Below, one piece after another: positions 58,358 to 64,000 of a stretch of DNA of 64,000 bases. Below the pieces are notes generated by a model that worked only from the letters and a program-made list of their open reading frames with translations, was not told where the DNA came from and ran no database searches. The stretch's first letter is position 1; the number at the start of each line of letters is the position of its first letter. Source of the DNA: Promethearchaeota archaeon. Lineage in GTDB: Archaea > Asgardarchaeota > Lokiarchaeia > Sigyniarchaeales > SOKP01. The stretch covers positions 13,976 to 77,975 of the forward strand of contig JBHLME010000004.1 of the NCBI GenBank assembly GCA_048938445.1, read 5' to 3'. Both the position numbers and the translations under genes were made by a program.

Positions 58358-59608
58358 TCATGGGAATATTCCTCGTAGTTCTATTGCTCTTGATACCCGC
58401 GAAACGGCAACTATATAAGCTGCCGTTCTAAGTGAAATGTTCCTTTCTTTAGATATTTGATATACATCTTCAAATGCTTCAAGAATGATGTTTTTTAATT
58501 CATCATATATTCGATCAAGCTTCCAATAATATGCGTTGATATCTTGAACATATTCAAAGTATGAAACACAAACTCCTCCACTATTTGCTAATATGTCAGG
58601 AATTACAATTATACCCTTTTCGTTTAAAATTTTATCCGCATCTGTTGTTGTTGGACCATTTGCACCCTCCAGAATTATTTTACAATTTATCATATCCGCA
58701 TTTTGCTTTGTAATTACATTTTCCGTTGCGGAGGGAATTAAAATATCACATTTTAAGCTAAAAAAATCTTCTTTTGGAATTGATTTTGCACCCTCATCTT
58801 TATACTCTGCCAATAATTTACCTTGATTTTTCCATTCAATTAATTTATTAATTTCCAAACCTTTCTCCGCGTAGACTGTACCTTTTGAATCCTGGACGGC
58901 TAAAATTTTGCAACCATGATCATATAATTTTTTTGCAATGACCTTTCCAACCTTCCCAATTCCTTGAACTATAGCGGTCATTGATCCTAAATCAAAATTT
59001 TCTCTCTTACATAAATCCTCTAACACGAAAAACATTCCAGTGCCTGTTGCGCCTTGTCTTCCAATAGAACCTCCTATTTCAACGGGTTTACCAGTAACGA
59101 CTCCCGGGATGGTCCTACCTTTTTGCATTGAATAAGAATCCATTACCCAAGCCATAGTTTGACCATTTGTATTCATGTCAGGAGCAGGAATGTCGATATC
59201 TGGACCAATGAAATTGATAATTTCAGAAGTATATCTTCTTGTTAAGCGTTCAACTTCTCTTTGTGATAATTTTTCTGGATCTACATTTACTCCTCCCTTC
59301 GCACCTCCAAGTGGTAAATCTAAAATGGCTGTTTTCCATGTCATCCACATCGCAAGTGCTCTTACTTCATCCAATGTCACATCTGGAGAATATCTAATAC
59401 CTCCCTTACCTGGACCTCTTACTGTATTATGATGAACTCTATATCCTTCAAAAATTTTCAATTTACCATCATCCATCAATACGGGGATGGTAACTATTAA
59501 AGCTCTTTCAATCCTTTTGAGTGCCTCTACTATATTTGGCTCTAATTTCATTTCTTTTGCTACAATATCAATTTGTTTTATAGCAGTCTTATAAGGATTT
59601 AATTGCAT
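58358..59608 (-). CDS. gdhA: glutamate dehydrogenase
   Basis: GPGKGGIRY, GGAKGG, DIPAPDMNT, TGKP..GGS.GR, EGANGP, PDILANSGGV. Confidence 0.96.
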   Translation of the reverse strand: MQLNPYKTAIKQIDIVAKEMKLEPNIVEALKRIERALIVTIPVLMDDGKLKIFEGYRVHHNTVRGPGKGGIRYSPDVTLDEVRALAMWMTWKTAILDLPLGGAKGGVNVDPEKLSQREVERLTRRYTSEIINFIGPDIDIPAPDMNTNGQTMAWVMDSYSMQKGRTIPGVVTGKPVEIGGSIGRQGATGTGMFFVLEDLCKRENFDLGSMTAIVQGIGKVGKVIAKKLYDHGCKILAVQDSKGTVYAEKGLEINKLIEWKNQGKLLAEYKDEGAKSIPKEDFFSLKCDILIPSATENVITKQNADMINCKIILEGANGPTTTDADKILNEKGIIVIPDILANSGGVCVSYFEYVQDINAYYWKLDRIYDELKNIILEAFEDVYQISKERNISLRTAAYIVAVSRVSRAIELRGIFP

Positions 59609-59824
59609 GTCAATTCCTTAATTCTATTTTTATAAATTTGTTTAGAACAATTTCAAATAAATAATTTTGCTATTACAAGCTAAATATCTTTTTCATAGTT
59701 ATTGATTAAAGTAAATTTATATTGATGAACTCGGTTATTTATTTAATTTATTGATATGAGCAAAATATATTTAGACCTTTTTATTGTATATTTTGATTAA
59801 TTTAAAGCTTAACTTGATTATATC

Positions 59825-62695
59825 ATGGAAGTATTTCTAAAAAGAGCTGAGGGTTCGTTTAAAGCGAAAATTGGTGATGAAAAAGCACTAGAAATATTGG
59901 GAAATATAAAAAAATCAACTAATGAAATTCCTATTAAATTTAGGAGAAATATTGGTTCAGAAATTCCAAAAGTTTTGTTTAATTATTCTCAAGAGATCGA
60001 TAGTGTTTCACCAGAAATTGTGGAGAATGTTCTCATACATGTATTGATGTTTGCTGAATCCCTTAAAGACTTGAAGAACAAGGAGAAGAGAGAAGTTGAT
60101 CAAATCTTAAGTAAGAGAAGTAATAATGAAATGAGAACACTTTCTGATTTACTAAGTAAATATATAGAACAAGCCAACCTTGGCAAAAATATAGAAGGTG
60201 AGGTGTCTTTTGATGCAATACTTACTTATATGTTCGGTGGAAAGGAAGAAGTTACTCAAATGAGTGATGTAGGGTTATTCATAAAAAGAGCGAAAGATAA
60301 TTTTGCTTTAAAATTTGGAGAAGCTAAAGCAGAGGAATATGCTTTACAAATAAACCAATCACTAAATCAAATTGATGCTGATCATCAAGATTACATAAAC
60401 TCAGAAATTTCAAAGTACTTATTTAAGTTTTCACAGCATATTGAGGAGTTTTCTGAAGGAACTTTTGAAAGTATCCTGAATAATATATTGCTCTTTTTAA
60501 ATTCATGTTCTGATATTGGTAAGAGTAAAGACGAGATTAGCCAAGAAATATTTAGAAGAAGCAAAAATAAGGTCAGAACAATAGTTGAATTATTAGTTGA
60601 ACTAATTGAGGCAGTTAAAGAAGGAAATTTGATGGAATCTAGCGAGAACCTAGATAGTATTTTAACGCATTTATATGGGGAAGAAGAAGTACGACAGCAG
60701 TTTTCCGATGTTGAAGCGTTTTTAAAGCGTTCTGAGAAGAAATATGTCATGATTTTAGGGGGAGATATGATTCAAATGCTAATCGAAGAATTATTAGATG
60801 CTATCAGCGCGATTCCAGAAGAGCATCGGGAATATTTAGGTTCAGAACTCGCTAAATATATATTTAAATCTTCAGAGACAGCTACTATTCACAATCCTGA
60901 GAAAATTGAATTGATGTTTAATGGGGCAATAATGTTTGCTTATTCATTAGCCGAGATTGAAGGATTATCAAAAGCAGAAATTAATCAATTTATCATTAAT
61001 CGTTCAAGTCATAAAGTACGAAGCTTATTTGATTTATACTTGGCATTTTTAGAAAAAATTGCTGTTAGAATGCCACTTGCGAATGAACCTACCTTTGATG
61101 AAATTCTAAACCATACTTTAGGTCGGTATACAGGACCCAAGGAGATCGAAAAGGCGGGATTAATTCATGATCTCATGGCAGATTATCACGAAGAAATCCC
61201 TCTTGCAAAAGAGCATGCTTCATGGGCTAATGGAATCATGGCGATCATCCCACGATATCTTGAATTATTACCAAATGGGAAAGGAGATCGTATCATGGAC
61301 CAATTATGGGAGCAAAAATTTCCTCAAGAGCAAATTAAGGAAGATTTTCGAGAAAAAATAGCAGAAATCCCAAGGGAGCATGAAAAACAATTTCTATTTA
61401 GACTTTTACATTTTCTTACCCAACAAGTATTAGAAAATGAAGAGGATGATAAAGCTCTCACATCAGCTTTGGCATTCAGAATATTAGGTACAATATTTAT
61501 TGAAATGTTTAGTGGAAGAAATCCACAGATTAGAGGTATAAGGTTAAATAAGCTGTTAAAAGAAAGGGAAATTTCCAATCCTGAACATAAAAAGGAGATC
61601 GACCATGATATAAATATCATTCTTGACGAGGATATGAAGTCTTTAATGCAAAGAACAATGACGATCAATACGATCATCCCAATTATCAACAAAAAGGGCT
61701 TTTTTATAAAAATTTACGACATTGTTACAAAAGACATGCCCAAACCAATTATAAAATTAATTACAGAAAGAAAAGAAGAACGAATTAAAGATATCGGTCA
61801 AGAATACAAAAAGGAAAGCGTATCTGGGGAGCTTATTCCGCTTGTAAATCATTTTCTTGGTGAACTTGAATTAGGCAAGCGGTTTTATAAAAAATATTTT
61901 GAAGAAATGTATTCTATTGCTCACGATGCTCAACAAAACATGCTAAGTATTCGCAAATTCTTTAAATTGATGGTTGATTTAAACGATAACATGGATGCGA
62001 TTGAATATTATAATTTTAAAATTGCTAATACCGAGCATATTGTTTATATCGCCATATTAAAATACTTGTATAATGCCTTATGGGATACTAATATATCAGA
62101 TATACTGAATACAATAAAAACTATCCTTAATGAACAAGAATATCAAACTAAAATAATGACTTTGGATAAATACTTGAGCAATCAAAAATTAGAAGAACTC
62201 AAAGATGAAATAAAACACACGGAAGAAAAAATTGCGGAATATGAAAAAATGCCTGAATTTGATACAACTCAAAAAATTGTAAATTTAAATAAAGCTCTTC
62301 AAAGAGATACTAATGAATTAAAATATTATACCATATTATTTAGACTTCTAGTGGATTCACAGAAAGTTGAGGTAATACTTCGTTCAAGAATAGAATTTTC
62401 AAAAAAACTATTAAGTTATTCAAATTCATTAAGAAAAATCCATCCAAATTTACCCGCCGCATTACCTGATTACTTAGATAAATTCAATGAATTTCCTCAA
62501 GAAATTAATAAAATTCTTGAAGAATTAAAAAAGAAGACTGGAACAGGGATAATTTCTCCATTTGAATTCAAGGAAAGAAATGATGCCGCTGATGATGCCA
62601 AAAAAGAATTATCTATACTATGCGAAAATCAGGAATTTGTTGATCATTTAAACACGATGCTCGAAATTTCTAATATTGATATTTTTGAAAATTAG
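59825..62695 (+). CDS. large helical hypothetical protein with three ~147-aa N-terminal tandem repeats
   Basis: Repeats start VFLKRAE / LFIKRAK / AFLKRSE and share SEI.K.LF, RS...VR.L..L and D.IL....G. Confidence 0.8.
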   Translation: MEVFLKRAEGSFKAKIGDEKALEILGNIKKSTNEIPIKFRRNIGSEIPKVLFNYSQEIDSVSPEIVENVLIHVLMFAESLKDLKNKEKREVDQILSKRSNNEMRTLSDLLSKYIEQANLGKNIEGEVSFDAILTYMFGGKEEVTQMSDVGLFIKRAKDNFALKFGEAKAEEYALQINQSLNQIDADHQDYINSEISKYLFKFSQHIEEFSEGTFESILNNILLFLNSCSDIGKSKDEISQEIFRRSKNKVRTIVELLVELIEAVKEGNLMESSENLDSILTHLYGEEEVRQQFSDVEAFLKRSEKKYVMILGGDMIQMLIEELLDAISAIPEEHREYLGSELAKYIFKSSETATIHNPEKIELMFNGAIMFAYSLAEIEGLSKAEINQFIINRSSHKVRSLFDLYLAFLEKIAVRMPLANEPTFDEILNHTLGRYTGPKEIEKAGLIHDLMADYHEEIPLAKEHASWANGIMAIIPRYLELLPNGKGDRIMDQLWEQKFPQEQIKEDFREKIAEIPREHEKQFLFRLLHFLTQQVLENEEDDKALTSALAFRILGTIFIEMFSGRNPQIRGIRLNKLLKEREISNPEHKKEIDHDINIILDEDMKSLMQRTMTINTIIPIINKKGFFIKIYDIVTKDMPKPIIKLITERKEERIKDIGQEYKKESVSGELIPLVNHFLGELELGKRFYKKYFEEMYSIAHDAQQNMLSIRKFFKLMVDLNDNMDAIEYYNFKIANTEHIVYIAILKYLYNALWDTNISDILNTIKTILNEQEYQTKIMTLDKYLSNQKLEELKDEIKHTEEKIAEYEKMPEFDTTQKIVNLNKALQRDTNELKYYTILFRLLVDSQKVEVILRSRIEFSKKLLSYSNSLRKIHPNLPAALPDYLDKFNEFPQEINKILEELKKKTGTGIISPFEFKERNDAADDAKKELSILCENQEFVDHLNTMLEISNIDIFEN

Positions 62696-63062
62696 TTACT
62701 ATTTCCATCAATGTTAATATTAATATGTACATAATCTAAAATACCAATTTTATTGTTTCCAATATTTTTTGAAGTTTATGATAATTTCTCGTATATTTTT
62801 TTTATAAATCTTCTACAAATTTGTATATGATATAATATAACAAAATCATTCCATAATCTATGATTTGATGCAATACTATTTCAAAAATGTATATATTTCA
62901 AATCTAATTTTCTATATTCCCTTTATAATATATCCAGATTATTTAGAGATATATGAATGATCATGAAACCTCAATTTCACGAAGATAAATTAAAAGTTTA
63001 AATAGATAATCTCTTAAAAATTGATTATTATGAAGTATTAGGAAATTATTCCTCTTGAAAAA

Positions 63063-63542
63063 TCATTGACAATTGCATTCTTCATAGAGTATATTTAAAG
63101 GTAAAATATAATCGTCATTAACTTCAGTTATTAGCTCCATGCGGACATCAGAAATCTCTTCATCATTTCTAAAATGTTTATTAACAATGTTATCAATATC
63201 TTTTATATTAAAACTTGCTACCATAACAACTACATTAAATTCTCCACTTAATCTAAATGCATTAACTAATGAAGGGCATTCATTAACTAAAGTAATAGTT
63301 TTTTCGGGATTACTTGTAGAAATCCAAACCATAGCAAGATAGAGATCAACATCTTTAAGATTGATTCCAGCATGAAAATTAAGGATCCCCGCTTCTTCTA
63401 ATTTTCTAATACGCATACCAACTGTGGGCTGAGAGCGGCTAACATGATTAGCTATTTCAGTATGGGTCAAGTTTGGTTTTCTTTGAATTAATTGCACTAT
63501 TTTTTGGTCAATTTCATCCATGCTATACGCATTACTCATCAT
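63063..63542 (-). CDS. Lrp/AsnC family regulator (start reassigned)
   Basis: MDEIDQKIVQLIQ..P...HTEIA....SQPTVGMRIRKLE; RLSGEFN. Confidence 0.88.
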   Translation of the reverse strand: MMSNAYSMDEIDQKIVQLIQRKPNLTHTEIANHVSRSQPTVGMRIRKLEEAGILNFHAGINLKDVDLYLAMVWISTSNPEKTITLVNECPSLVNAFRLSGEFNVVVMVASFNIKDIDNIVNKHFRNDEEISDVRMELITEVNDDYILPLNILYEECNCQ

Positions 63543-63712
63543 TTTAAATTCATCCTTAAATTTATTTAAATAAAAAATTATTTCGCAATATTTATCTATA
63601 ACGATATGGCAATATTTAAATATTTGCATATTCCAATATTATCATATAAATAATAAATTTTAAAACATTTAAAATTTTTAATATAGACATTCGATATTCC
63701 AAAGTTTTAGGT

Positions 63713-64000
63713 ATGAATGAATTAACAAAATTTTCTATTGAATTTCTCAGGATTTTGAGTGATCAAACTCGTTTGGAAATTTTAGAATTATTAAGAGATG
63801 GTCCTAAAACATCTAAAGAAATTCAAATCCAATTAAATAAATCTCAACCAACAATTTCTCAACATTTAAAGAATCTTCAAGGTTCTAATCTCATAGACAT
63901 TAACTTAATGGAGAATGAGAACAATAAGAGGTTAAAATATTACAGCATAAAAGATAAGGACTTATTCAAACTGCTTTCAACTATTTATTCTTATGTAGCA
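63713..64000 (+). CDS. ArsR/SmtB family regulator, 3'-truncated at window edge, not in ORF track
   Basis: Manual translation MNELTKFSIEFLRILSDQTRLEILELLRDGPKTSKEIQIQLNKSQPTISQHLKNL. Confidence 0.88.
   Translation, partial: MNELTKFSIEFLRILSDQTRLEILELLRDGPKTSKEIQIQLNKSQPTISQHLKNLQGSNLIDINLMENENNKRLKYYSIKDKDLFKLLSTIYSYVA

Noticed and set aside
34-63342. Many short antisense or overlapping ORFs in the track (e.g. 34-300, 10672-11001, 28262-28759, 47021-47380, 60391-60750)
   Set aside because: They are shadows of well-supported genes on the opposite strand or in another frame, with no motifs
1-64000. Genome-wide TGA reassignment (alternative genetic code)
   Set aside because: Other genes end normally at TGA (mrp 29863, cdc48 45157, 57837) and are not fragmented

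Overview
AT-rich archaeal window, most likely an Asgard archaeon of the Lokiarchaeia type (inferred from gene content: archaeal CdhA, Cdc48 with HbYX tail, RibL, Hdr/Mvh, MetVF, many Lrp/AsnC regulators). It holds nitrogen-assimilation genes (PII, glnA, GltS-family protein, gdhA), a gingipain-like C25 peptidase, a stand-alone cdhA, an ~18 kb metal/Fe-S maturation island, and a redox region from 34 to 58 kb. Main observations: (1) an hdrA gene (46737-48677) that the ORF track fragments is one continuous frame with five in-frame TGA codons, each at an Fe-S cysteine-ligand position. It is best read as a five-selenocysteine HdrA, followed by a structured 3' UTR (candidate SECIS) and hdrC. (2) A winged-HTH-HdrA-MvhD fusion is co-transcribed with a [NiFe]-hydrogenase whose large subunit lacks the cleavable C-terminal extension, a candidate H2/redox-sensing transcription complex. 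(3) A four-member unknown paralog family sits beside it; three of its promoters share an identically spaced operator/TATA layout. (4) Two further recurrent palindromic operators suggest a DUF134 regulon and a receiver-Lrp regulon. (5) Several genes are missed or truncated by the ORF track, including two that appear to start at ATA. No rRNA, tRNA, CRISPR array or transposase was recognised.
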